A stretch of 64,000 nt of DNA from Octopus sinensis (taxonomy: Eukaryota): assembly GCF_006345805.1 (NCBI RefSeq), contig NC_043004.1:2542001-2606000 (forward strand), read 5' to 3'. Positions within the stretch are counted from its first letter, which is position 1. Each line of letters starts with the position of its first letter. The position numbers and the translations under genes are program-made. This document shows positions 51,066 to 63,195 of the stretch, piece by piece. A model generated the notes under the pieces. The model saw only the letters and a list, made by a program, of their open reading frames with translations. It ran no database searches and was not told the DNA's origin.

Positions 51066-51277
51066 CTTTTTCTTTTACTTGTTTCAGTAATTTCACTGCG
51101 GCCATGCTGGAGCACCACCTTTAGTCAAACAAATCGACCCCAGGACTTATTTTTTTGTAAGCCTAGTACTTATTCTATCGGTATCATTTGTCGAACCGCC
51201 AGGTTACGGGGACGTAAACACACCAACTTCGGTTATCAAGTGATGGTGGAGGGACAAACTCAGACACAGATAACACA

Positions 51278-51362
<85 letters not shown>

Positions 51363-51527
51363 ATATATACCACAGGCTTCTTTAAGTTACCGTCGACCAA
51401 ATCTATTCACTAGGCTTTGTTCGGCCCGAGGCTATAGCAGAACACACTCGCCCAAGGTGCCACGCAGTGGGAGTGAAACCCGGACCCATGTGGTTAGGAA
51501 GGAAGACTCTTACCACACAGCCACTCT
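51066..51527 (-). mobile_element. tRNA-derived SINE, family B, with expanded internal (CA)n(TA)n
   Basis: Reverse complement colinear with 5184-5580. Confidence 0.9.
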
Positions 51528-51540
51528 TATATAGGCATTC

Positions 51541-51592
<52 letters not shown>

Positions 51593-51681
51593 CTGTGTGT
51601 GCATAAATATATATATATATATCTACACACACACATATCTATACATATATACATATATATACATACACATGCATATATACA

Positions 51682-51717
<36 letters not shown>

Positions 51718-52589
51718 AATATGGTGTGGAAAATATGTTTACTTATAAATCAATGCTCTGGTGTCCACTATTACATAGTGTCTTTGATCTTAATCAAAAT
51801 TAAACAATATTCGAAGTTCTGTTAAAAATCTGTGTTAGCACAGTTGATATATCTTTCAAATGTCAAGACCCAATGGAGATTGAAAGCACATATTACATAG
51901 ATATGTTCGTGTTCGTGTTTTGGTAGATTAATTACGATAGCGAATGACACCATAATTAAGGAAGAGTCTAAAATTATTCCCACTCCATTCCATTCATATT
52001 CTTTTTCTGCTAAAATAGTATGCTGAAAAAAAAAATAGCAAGTAAATGTTTGCCAACAGTATTCAAAGAAAACTGATGGAAGAAACATTTTGAAAACGCG
52101 ATGAACTGAAGTAGATAATGTTGTACAAAATATGGATACCCACTCGGAATAAAGGCTGCTTTCCATTAGTGGAGAATCTGTAATATATGGGTAGGTAACT
52201 TCTATTGAAAAATTCCACTGGACATGTTTACTTTACTTAGCGACGTCACTTGAAAGCGACTATGGCTTGATAGCATATAACGTAATTTCACTAATTGTTA
52301 TTGGTGCTCAGATAATCACGAGCAACCACAGAGACCATCACGACTTCACTACACTTGAGTCACAGAAACATCCAAGATCTAACAGGTTAAGAGACAAGGT
52401 TTTATCTGCACCGGACTACCATTTTGTCGATCGACTTAAAACGGATTAAAGGCAAAAACGACTCAGAGAATATGAAGTCCCATCGCAGGGAGCTTTACGA
52501 ATAGAGCGACGTCTTCTATCCAAACATATAATGACTTTGCCAACTGATGGAGCTGCCATAGTATAATTACTATTATAAAGAGGCTATAA

Positions 52590-52803
52590 GGCTGTGAACT
52601 GGCAGGATCGTTAGCACGCTGGGTAAAGTACTTAGCCGCATTTCATCCGTTTTTACGTTCTGAGTTCGAATCCCGTCGAGGCCGACTTTGCATTTCCTCC
52701 TTTTGAGGTTGATAAAACAAGTACCAGTTGAGCACTGGGGGTCGGTGTACTCGTCGTACCCACTCCCTTAAAATTGCTGACCTCGCGCAAAAATCTGAAA
52801 TCA
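52590..52803 (+). mobile_element. family A SINE (short-tail variant)
   Basis: Head, core and tail CCTTAAAATTGCTGACCTCGCGCAAAAATCTGAAA. Confidence 0.8.
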
Positions 52804-54481
52804 TCATTATAAAGATATAAAATGCTGAAAAGGTAAGCTTGTAGAAATATTTTATTTTTCCGTCGCTTAAGTCCTAACTTCAAATAAGTTAAGACAACAA
52901 TGAATTATCCGTAACCGCGTTCATTTATCATCCCTTACTAATGTACATTGACGACCTTACGAAGAGAGAACAGTAATTGCGAGACAGGATCGAAACAGTT
53001 CTCTGTTTCTTTTTATTTCCCCAAAGGTGTCACCAACATTAAAACTTCAACTTCACGTATTTTACATGATTTGTGAATTGATTTTTCAAACCACTGGCAT
53101 CGGGCAAGCTTTTCTTCATTTCAATTATCCATGTATGACCGTCAAACATTGTCTCTCTCTTCATTAAATGCATGATGTTTAATATATTAGCTCTAAATTT
53201 GCTATTGAATTTTTATGTGAATGGCACTTCTGGTTATCTTTTTCCATTATTTCATTATTCACGTCACTTGGTATTAAGTCATAAAATTCCTATACACATC
53301 TTTTGCGAGTCTGATATCTTATAAGAGTTAGATTATGTTAGCTGATGAGATCTAATGCTACCAAAACATGCCCCATTTCTTGTACGTTACCATAGATAAT
53401 GCTCCCTTCCTGTTGTAGTTTATGTTTAATTAACTTAATTAAGATTAAATTCTAGAGTTGTTTTCTGTTCTTTTCTTTGGTTAGATATACTCATTTAAAT
53501 AATTATATTTTCACAGTAGTAAAGGTGTAAATTCAATTATAATCTTTTGTTTATCGCATGATGCATGGTATTACTTAACAGTTATCGTAAAGACCCATGT
53601 AATTTACGCACTTTTTTCGCAAAAACAAAAATATACTTTCGTGGGTGCGTAAATAACATGAGTAGATCGTTTCCAGAAATTTTTTTAGAACTTTTTTTTT
53701 TTTTGAAAAATGACGTACAAATGTAAACATTCGTACGGGAAGTTGACTCATTTAATGTCAGAATAGGTTTTCAAAGAAAAAATGTAATGAAGTTGACTTT
53801 TATTTATGCTGAACGGTTATAATGCTTACTTTTTCTGTATAAATTTATTAAAACCATCAAATGGTTAACTACTTTTTGAAGTTTGACGTTCAAGCTGATA
53901 ACCACGGTCCGGGCGATGTTTTACATTGCCTGGTGTTTCTACCTATCGCAATTGAGCCCAGCAATTTCCTTAAATAGCCCAGTTTTTTCTCCGCTTAAGA
54001 AGTCTAGCTTGCGTTTCCTCCAGGAAGCTCGGTTTCTCTGCGTAGTTGCTTTTCACACTGCCAGAACATATTTTTCTCAATATAACCAGAGCCGAGAACT
54101 CGTGAATATGGTTGATGTTTAATACAAATCAAACGGTCCTAAAACCAAAGGCTTTCCCACGCTTAGTACTCTCCCCTTAAGATACCGTACTTTAATTACC
54201 CTTTTGTCCTTTTTGAAGACAGCAAGGTTTGGTTGGAAAATCTCCCATTCTCGGACGCTCAACCGTTGAATAGAATTTTTAACAGTTCACTTGGAATTAT
54301 AAAAGACATGGATATCTTATACCTTCCGTTTCTCTCTCTTCACAAATAATGTAGGGCTTTATGACTGGGAAAAAAATAATAAAATAAGACAATATTTAAA
54401 ATTCGATGCTGGTAATTAAACAATAATCGAAAGTGGCCAGTTGATTCTTGGACCAAATTTTACTGCCAACATATTTTACTG

Positions 54482-54727
54482 TGAAAGCGCGTGGCTTAGT
54501 GGTTAATGTCTTGCACTCCTAATCTATGATTGTGGTTTCGATTCCTGGAATGAGTTACGCGTTGTATTCTTGAGCAAAACACTTCATTTTTGGTTATTTC
54601 AGTTCACTCACTTGGCAACAATAAGAATACTGTGACGGACTAGCATCCCATTCGGAATGTGGTGAGTATATACGAGAGGGAGACCGGGGAAACTAGCTCT
54701 TATCTGTCTACATGACTCAGGAAGGAA
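54482..54727 (+). mobile_element. tRNA-derived SINE with family C-like head and a different 3' end
   Basis: GCGCGTGGCTTAGTGGTT...GGTTTCGATTCC...TTGAGCAAAACACTT. Confidence 0.7.
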
Positions 54728-55279
54728 TTTAATTTAACTTGCATGTTTTACCATCGTAAAAAAAAAACTTTGCCGTTTTGGTGTCAAATCTCAAAACAAG
54801 AAAAGAAATTGGATTACTTTAATTATAGCTCTTTCTGCCTTATTAGAGCTTATCTGTAACTAAACAACTTTAACGAGGTAAACAGTAAGATGTACGATTC
54901 TCTGTTTCGATTCTCGTTCGAAGTCCCTTCACATCCTGTTGATTATATTCTAAATTACCGCACTCCCATAGCATTTATATCTGGTGGATATGCAAAGCAA
55001 CGTAAGATCGTTAATGGTAGGAGGTCACACATTCGTCTACAAGCAGATGTTCAAAACACTTCCCAACAACAATAACAAACGAAACGATAAGATAGAAACA
55101 ATATATAAGTCTCAACTGTAGAGGAAGAAAATAACTATGAAACCGAAAGTTTCTTGGCCAGCAATTTCATCCATGTGCTGTCATCTAAATCTTTCATAGA
55201 TCTTTCCCAACTGCTCCATCTGTCTTCTATCGATGATAGATATGTATGTGAGCGTCGTGTGTATGCGTGTATGTGTGTG

Positions 55280-55351
55280 TATATACATATATATATATAT
55301 ATACATATATATACATATATATATATATATATGTATATATATAATATATAA

Positions 55352-55427
<76 letters not shown>

Positions 55428-55445
55428 TATATATATATATTTATA
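55280..55445. repeat. (TA)n microsatellite
   Basis: Direct reading. Confidence 0.95.
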
Positions 55446-56569
55446 CACACACTCACACGTATGTATGTATATTTAGTGTGTGTGCGTGTGTGTGTGTGGT
55501 TTTATATCTCTTCTGCACGCTCGAAAACATTTTTCCAATTCTGCAATTTATTTCTTCTAAGTTTTTTTCCCCCCATCTCAATAACTATATTTTAAATAGA
55601 ATTCTATGTTTTCATCATTTTTTTATAGCTTTCTTTGAAAGTACGCCTCGTGCGTCAGCTGTTCACGTATTGATTAGGAATGAAGAAACGTGGTTACAAA
55701 AAAAATAATAGACGCATTTTCGTAGTATTTGTCTATATTTTTCCCCATTTTTTTGTGCGGGGGGTATTTTTTTGTTCTCTTCACATTTCATGATTTCCTC
55801 CTATCTTAATGTGTGGAGCAAGTTTATCGTGTGAATATAGAAGAGCGATGTTTGTCTCACAAACTAGCATGACATAGCTGAGCTATATAATTACTAATAA
55901 AATTTTATATGAAATTACTGCTGCTGCTGGTATACGGACGGCAAAGAATTTTTGCTTTATATAATTCTCAGAGCAAAATAGATTAACACTTTTAACACCA
56001 TGCATAGCATTTTCATTGTTATAATATCTTCTATGAAAATGTGAATATTATATCGTTTTTGCTGCTCAATCTGGCATGGCGATATCCTAGATATGAGGTA
56101 TCGTATAATTCAAAATATTACAACATATATAGGCGTAATATGAACATTGACGGTATAATATACTTGTAGAGTGGAAGTGGTATATTACAACATTTAGATA
56201 ACAACATCTATGTTAATCAATGATTAAATAGGCAATATTCTGGCTTTTAATTCTAATTAGGACAATAGGAAATATGAGAATTTGTTTGGGTGTTTCAGAG
56301 CATATCTTATTTACACAATGTAAACTGTAGGTATGACGATGTTGACCGACTTTTAATAATGTGTTTATATATTCAGTGTTGAAAATGAAGTTTTGCTTAA
56401 TCTCCCGCTTTAAATGCAAGGATGGGATCACTGCCGAAATGAAGATTGACAATCAGCGATGGATTGATGGAACTGATACGTTTATAAGAGAGCAAGAGCA
56501 TAAGCAGATTGGTAATATGCACCAGTTAATGTTATACAACAAATAGAGGAGTACCAATATATAGAGGAA

Positions 56570-56894
<325 letters not shown>

Positions 56895-56900
<6 letters not shown>

Positions 56901-57190
56901 AGGACGTCAAGAAAGGCCTCAACAGTTGAGAGTTCTTAATAGTTGTGATGTAAATAGGAAGACACCAGGATAAGTCAGAAATGGAGCCGATAGCGTTAAT
57001 ACGACAGAGTGTGGTGTGTAGAAGAATGGTGTCAGAGATAAAAACGTTAGAAATGATGGACAAATTGTGTGCAGAGAGAACTTTACAACTGTTTTTAGAA
57101 TTGTTGTGTAACTGGCGCAGTTCTCAGCAGGTTACCACACAATCCTGAATATGTGCAAAAACAGGAACATTTTGCTTTCCATACATTAAA
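56895..57190 (-). mobile_element. possible very degenerate Penelope-like RT fragment
   Basis: HIQDCVV (cf. YIDDCVG), FISDTILL (cf. SISDTSLPF), IKNSQLLR (cf. KNSIPYSQFLR) in the expected order; weak. Confidence 0.4.
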
Positions 57191-57677
57191 CGGAAATTCT
57201 CCTCTGCTCACACACATACACATATGTATACAAATATGTGTGTGTATAGACAGACAGACAGACAGACAGATAGATAGATAATATTTCTTTTTTAGCCACA
57301 CAAGGCTGCACACAGACGGGACAGATTACAAAGTAGAGCGTTTCTTTATGGGGAAAAAAGAAGAGAAAAAAAGTGAGGGTAGGTTGTCCATCAAAAGGGA
57401 TCGTGAAAGGGAAAGAAATATAAAGGAAAGGAAAGAAGAAAAGAAAAGAAAAAGAAAAAGAAAAAAGATAGATAGATAAATAGATAGCTAGATACGACGG
57501 AGTAAGTACACACGCAAAGGTACCCTCTGAGACACATAATATCCAAAATGAATGCATCTTCACATTCAGTCACCAAAAAGTAAGACAATATTACCAAAAA
57601 GTGCATACTACAGCAATATAGTATATACCCACCGAATGTATTTCTACAGAAATTAGAAGAAACAATGAGCCCTGTGA

Positions 57678-57894
57678 AGACGGTTAGACAGCAGAATCGT
57701 AAGCACTGCAGGCAAAGTGATTTACGACATTTGGTCCGTTTTTACGTTCTGAGTTCAAATTCCGCCGAGGTCGACTTTGCGTTTCATCCATTCGGTGTAT
57801 TATTAAGAAAGTGCCAGTTGAACACCGGGATCGATCTAATCGATGTCTCTTTCCCCTTAAAATTGCTCGCCTTGCGCTAAAATTTGACACAAAT
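57678..57894 (+). mobile_element. family A SINE containing the left breakpoint of the tandem triplication
   Basis: Head and core to 57790; its 3' half from 57791 is reiterated at 59510 and 61212. Confidence 0.8.
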
Positions 57895-58002
57895 ATAAAA
57901 CGTATCATCTCTAAATTTGATGTGGAAAGTTTGTTTATCAACGTCCCTGGGATGCAAATGATGGACATCATTAAAAATAACAAATATAAACCTCTACAAA
58001 TA

Positions 58003-58242
58003 CAGTAACAAGCTCGACTATCGCGGGTGTTACGCTCCAACTCTAAACCCCGCGTTAGGTGAAAATCCGCGTTTGGTGAAAATCCGCGAAGTACGAACAG
58101 TATTGAACTGTATATTTTTTATTATTTTTATAATTTGCATATATTATTTTATTATAAGAGCAAAGCAACATCACGGAGGAATCGATGTAATCTTAAATAA
58201 TAAACCGCGTTAGGTGAACCGTGATATGGAGAAGGATTATTG
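58003..58242. mobile_element. 240 bp pogo/Tigger-like MITE with TA duplication (copies at 59721-59961 and partial 61423-61528)
   Basis: TA|CAGTAACAAGCTCGACTATCGCGG ... CCGTGATATGGAGAAGGATTATTG|TA imperfect TIRs; excising it plus one TA restores the Penelope RT frame (PLQI|LPSA). Confidence 0.85.
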
Positions 58243-58469
58243 TATTGCCGTCCGCAATATCAGTAAGTTTATTGAAAAGAGCCATTTAGGATATGCACAA
58301 CAGAAATGTTTTTTCGCTATCTACAAAAAATGTATACAAACAAGTATAAGGTGGAGTGGGGCAGTAGATCCCTCCTTGGATGTACGCTGCAACATTCTTT
58401 GTATGTACAATAGAAAACAAAATATTACCAAAATTAATGCCAAAGCATAAATACGCAATATATAGCAGA

Positions 58470-58583
58470 TGGATAAGAGCGCGGGCTACTGACCCCAAGA
58501 TTCTGAGTTCGAATCCAGGCAATGACTCGAATAAGAAGAAAAAGAAGAAGAAGAAGAAGAAGAAGAAGAAGAAGAAGAAGAAG

Positions 58584-58671
<88 letters not shown>

Positions 58672-58850
58672 TTGAAAACTACCTTAGAAATGAGAAGCCA
58701 GTTTCGAAATTTCCCCAAGACACCTGATGAAGGCTGGGGGTTACATCAAACGAAACGTTGTACTAACAACAAACAAGATAAGGACAAATATCCGTCAAAT
58801 GTAAATAAATTAAATAATGTAAATAATTCTTCATCTCTTAAATATAGAAC
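58470..58850 (+). mobile_element. SINE-like element: tRNA-Arg(ACG)-like head + (AAG)(AAC)(AAT)n + hammerhead-bearing 3' body
   Basis: TGGATAAGAGCGCGGGCTACTGACCCCAAGATTCTGAGTTCGAATCCAGGC aligns with eukaryotic tRNA-Arg(ACG) TGGATAACGCGTCTGACTACGGATCAGAAGATTCCAGGTTCGACTCCTGGC; CTGATGA...GAAACGTT at 58724-58759 with eroded stems. Confidence 0.8.
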
Positions 58851-60188
58851 AGATGATACACCAGTTGCAATGGATGCAAATTAGGAAATTGAGAAACTTA
58901 GCAAACAACTCGGTACTAAAATTTAGCATCAAGTATAATAAGAGTGAGACCCCGTTTTTTTATATAAGCGTACAGATCGAAAATAAGACATATTATGTCA
59001 GTATACACCAAGGAGGCAATTAAATGCGTGTACCAACATGGAGACAGTGAATACTCTCTCAACTATAAGATGTTAGTGGCAAAACCACTCCTCAGACGAG
59101 CGTTTATATTCTCATTAACTAACAAGGAACTAAAGAATGAAACACATAGAATACGGCAAACATTTATTAAAATAGATATTCTAACAGAATTGTAGACAAA
59201 GCTATAAAACTAAAACAATACAGACACAAATGCAATAAATATATCAGAAAAGACACCTAATATAGATACACCCACTCAAACACGCACACACATACACACA
59301 CACACACACAATATTTATTAAATGGACCAAATACACAAAAACCATCGAATAGATGAACATATAATAAAAACCCTCGTAAAAAGGAATACAAAATGTATCC
59401 CACCCGGCTACAAATTTAAACTAATAATATATAGAACAAAAGATACCAGCACCGAAAAACGTTTTATCAATAACACGGCAGAAAGATATGAGCCCAAGAA
59501 CAACGTGACTTCGGTGTATTATTAAGAAAGTGCCAGTTGAACACCGGGATCGATCTAATCGATGTCTCTTTCCCTTAAAATTGCTCGCCTTGCGCTAAAA
59601 TTTGACACAAATATAAAACGTATCATCTCTAAATTTGATGTGGAAAGTTTGTTTATCAACGTCCCTGGGATGCAAATGATGGACATCATTAAAAATAACA
59701 AATATAAACCTCTACAAATACAGTAACAAGCTCGACTATCGCGGGTGTTACGCTCCAACTCTAAACCCCGCGTTAGGTGAAAATCCGCGTTTGGTGAAAA
59801 TCCGCGAAGTACGAACAGTATTGAACTGTATATTTTTTATTATTTTTATAATTTGCATATATTTATTTTATTATAAGAGCAAAGCAACATCACGGAGGAA
59901 TCGATGTAATCTTAAATAATAAACCGCGTTAGGTGAACCGTGATATGGAGAAGGATTATTGTATTGCCGTCCGCAATATCAGTAAGTTTATTGAAAAGAG
60001 CCATTTAGGATATGCACAACAGAAATGTTTCTTCGCTATCTACAAAAAATGTATACAAACAAGTATAAGGTGGAGTGGGGCAGTAGATCCCTCCTTGGAT
60101 GTACGCTGCAACATTCTTTGTATGTACAATAGAAAACAAAATATTACCAAAATTAATGCCAAAGCATAAATACGCAATATATAGCAGA

Positions 60189-60311
60189 TGGATAAGAGCG
60201 CGGGCTACTGACCCCAAGATTCTGAGTTCGAATCCAGGCAATGACTCGAATAAGAAGAAAAAGAAGAAGAAGAAGAAGAAGAAGAACAACAACAACAACA
60301 ACAACAACAAC

Positions 60312-60372
<61 letters not shown>

Positions 60373-60551
60373 TTGAAAACTACCTTAGAAATGAGAAGCC
60401 AGTTTCGAAATTTCCCCAAGACACCTGATGAAGGCTGGGGGTTACATCAAACGAAACGTTGTACTAACAACAAACAAGATAAGGACAAATATCCGTCAAA
60501 TGTAAATAAATTAAATAATGTAAATAATTCTTCATCTCTTAAATATAGAAC
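60189..60551 (+). mobile_element. second copy of the tRNA-Arg/hammerhead SINE (within unit 2)
   Basis: Identical to 58470-58850 except for the shorter (AAG)n. Confidence 0.8.
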
Positions 60552-61530
60552 AGATGATACACCAGTTGCAATGGATGCAAATTAGGAAATTGAGAAACTT
60601 AGCAAACAACTCGGTACTAAAATTTAGCATCAAGTATAATAAGAGTGAGACCCCGTTTTTTTATATAAGCGTACAGATCGAAAATAAGACATATTATGTC
60701 AGTATACACCAAGGAGGCAATTAAATGCGTGTACCAACATGGAGACAGTGAATACTCTCTCAACTATAAGATGTTAGTGGCAAAATCACTCCTCAGACGA
60801 GCGTTTATATTCTCATTAACTAACAAGGAACTAAAGAATGAAACACATAGAATACGGCAAACATTTATTAAAAATAGATATTCTAACAGAATTGTAGACA
60901 AAGCTATAAAACTAAAACAATACAGACACAAATGCAATAAATATATCAGAAAAGACACCTAATATAGATACACCCACCCAAACACGCACACACATACACA
61001 CACACACACACAATATTTATTAAATGGACCAAATACACAAAAACCATCGAATAGATGAACATATAATAAAAACCCTCGTAAAAAGGAATACAAAATGTAT
61101 CCCACCCGGCTACAAATTTAAACTAATAATATATAGAACAAAAGATACCAGCACCGAAAAACGTTTTATCAATAACACGGCAGAAAGATATGAGCCCAAG
61201 AACAACGTGACTTCGGTGTATTATTAAGAAAGTGCCAGTTGAACACCGGGATCGATCTAATCGATGTCTCTTTCCCTTAAAATTGCTCGCCTTGCGCTAA
61301 AATTTGACACAAATATAAAACGTATCATCTCTAAATTTGATGTAGAAAGTTTGTTTATCAACGTCCCTGGGATACAAATGATGGACATCATTAAAAATAA
61401 CAAATATAAACCTCTACAAATACAGTAACAAGCTCGACTATCGCGGGTGTTACGCTCCAACTCTAAACCCCGCGTTAGGTGAAAATCCGCGTTTGGTGAA
61501 AATCCGCGAAGTACGAATAGTATTGAACAG

Positions 61531-61850
61531 AAGAGCAACGTGACTCATAAATTTGACTGTAAAATTGAAAGACGCAAACTTCAGAGAACTCGATGTTATA
61601 CTGGACAGACCAATACAACGCTTTCACAGAGGATCACTATGCACTTACAACATAGACTTATTACACAACATTACACCACACACCATGACATGAAATTAGA
61701 TTGTACAAAATAAAATATGTACTTCATAGATTCCACACAAAATCACAAGACTAACTATGGAAGGCATACTTATGTTGCAAACCACTGCCAATATTAACAT
61801 ACTAAACACATTATTAAAAATTAACACGTGGTTACTGACATGAATAAACA
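61531..61850 (+). mobile_element. Penelope-like GIY-YIG endonuclease region (decayed)
   Basis: KSNVTHKFDCKIE...RCYTGQTNTTLSQRITMHLQHRLITQHY (cf. NVVY..C...YIG.T..TL..R.T.H), later RLTMEGILML..NIN. Confidence 0.8.
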
Positions 61851-61944
61851 AAATTAGCCTAAGTGTTGACCTTGACAAGACAATCAACATATGACTGCTG
61901 ATGCATAATACTAGCAGCCATTAGTGAGAAGCCTACACGAATTC

Positions 61945-62082
61945 AATCAGTATATTTTGACCCCGAAATGATGAAAGGCAACAGTAATTTCAACGGATTT
62001 CGAACTCAGAACGTAAGGTGGGGGCGAAATGCCGCGAAGCATTTTTCCCGGCCTGCTAACGATTCTGCCTGTTCGCCGTCTT
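61945..62082 (-). mobile_element. family A SINE relic
   Basis: CCCCGAAATGATGAAAGGC...GAACTCAGAACGTAA...GCTAACGATTCTGCC. Confidence 0.75.
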
Positions 62083-63076
62083 AACTCTCTGCATTATTAA
62101 AAGAAAATACCTCCAACTAAAGTTTTGAGAGCCACAGATTTTTGTTACAAATAATTTCGACTGAGAAAACTTTTTAATTTTGTTCCGTGAGGGGAATATG
62201 TTTCCTTTAGTGGCACCTGCAGCGATATTACTTATTCTTAGTGGCAAAGCCCTTTTCAAAACATATGAATCCCTCATTTAAGGAATACGGGGTTGATATT
62301 CTGGAACAGCCTCTATGAAGTCGCTGAACCAACCTGCTAGACGTAGCAACCAAATCTTCCTCAAGCTACATTATTCATCTTGACTCTTAGGATAATTTTG
62401 CTACGTTCTATAATAGCATTGCTTCTAATGTTTTTAATCATATGCCTGCTCGATCAACGACGACTTGTATAAAGACAACTGAATTTGTTTAACCCCAGAT
62501 AACTACAAGGGATACAGTGGGGAAGATACGCTCCATCCAACGGTAGCCGTTTTACTAAAGGCTAGAATTGCAACAGACTAGCACTGTGTGCGTGCGCGCG
62601 CGTGTTTGTGTTCATTCGCGTAAGCTGCATTATTTGGATGAAGGGAGTTTATCATAAGCAGAACTCAAGTGAATGTAGCTAAAAGTAGAAGGTCACGGGT
62701 TGGTTATGGATGCAGCTCTCTTGGAATTTAATTCCACATACCATTGTAGACGAATACATATTACGAAAAACATTGGCGCTGATTCTTGATATCAATAGAA
62801 AGCTAAACTGAAATTTGAAAAAATAATTGTATCAAGAATTAATTGAAAATGCTTTATAACGGGTGAAACAGCAATTATCACAAAGTTTTGTTACAAGTCA
62901 AACGAATATTTCCTCCTGCCAAACAAATATTTTGAGAAGAAAGCAACACCAATTGCACTAAATAACAAATCTAATCCATGTAATTTCGTTTCGGTTTTTA
63001 CATTTTCAATTTTGTATCATTCGGGCGTTGTATTTACCTTTCCTTTCCTCGAGGGTCGATAAAATATGTACTTTTC

Positions 63077-63195
63077 GCGTAGCGTAGAAGCGTAGCGTAG
63101 AAGCGTAGCGTAGAAGCGTAGCGTAGAAGCGTAGCGTAGAAGCGTAGCGTAGAAGCGTAGCGTAGAAGCGTAGCGTAGAAGCGTAGCGTAGAAGC
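63077..63195. repeat. perfect 13 bp minisatellite (GCGTAGCGTAGAA)x9
   Basis: Nine identical units, no spacers. Confidence 0.97.

Larger units (their letters stand above)
57895..59509 (+). mobile_element. fossil Penelope-like element, RT and linker, interrupted by a MITE and a SINE (copy 1; copy 2 at about 59613-61211)
   Basis: IISKFDVESLFINVP, YKQV*GG, TFFVCTIENKIL, IYSR|..|DDT, NSVLKFS, SVYTKE, NYKMLVAKPLLRRAF, RIRQTFIKNRYSNRIVDK, DQIHKNHRIDEHIIK, KFKLIIY. Confidence 0.85.
57791..61545 (+). repeat. recent tandem triplication: 57791-59509 (1719 bp), 59510-61211 (1702 bp), 61212-61545 (internally deleted)
   Basis: Units 1 and 2 differ by about 3 substitutions, 3 single-base indels and 6 AAG units; unit 3 matches for 317 bp and then jumps to the last ~15 nt of the unit. 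Confidence 0.95.

Noticed and set aside
53583-54122. pogo-like terminal sequence (CGTAAAGACCCATGTAATTTACGCAC...GTGCGTAAATAACATGAG) and a 79 aa ORF
   Set aside because: Only one plausible end and no transposase motifs; insufficient to annotate.
57280-57620. Possible minus-strand LINE 3'UTR relic
   Set aside because: The resemblance is from memory only; there is no second copy or peptide motif in this window to support it.
58462-58530. Intact tRNA gene
   Set aside because: The acceptor stem and 5' end are missing, the anticodon arm is mismatched and it is fused to a repeat body; it is a SINE head. The same applies to the family A, B and C heads.
63077-63195. Possible CRISPR or telomeric array
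   Set aside because: No spacers, eukaryotic context, and the unit is not TTAGGG-like; it is a minisatellite.
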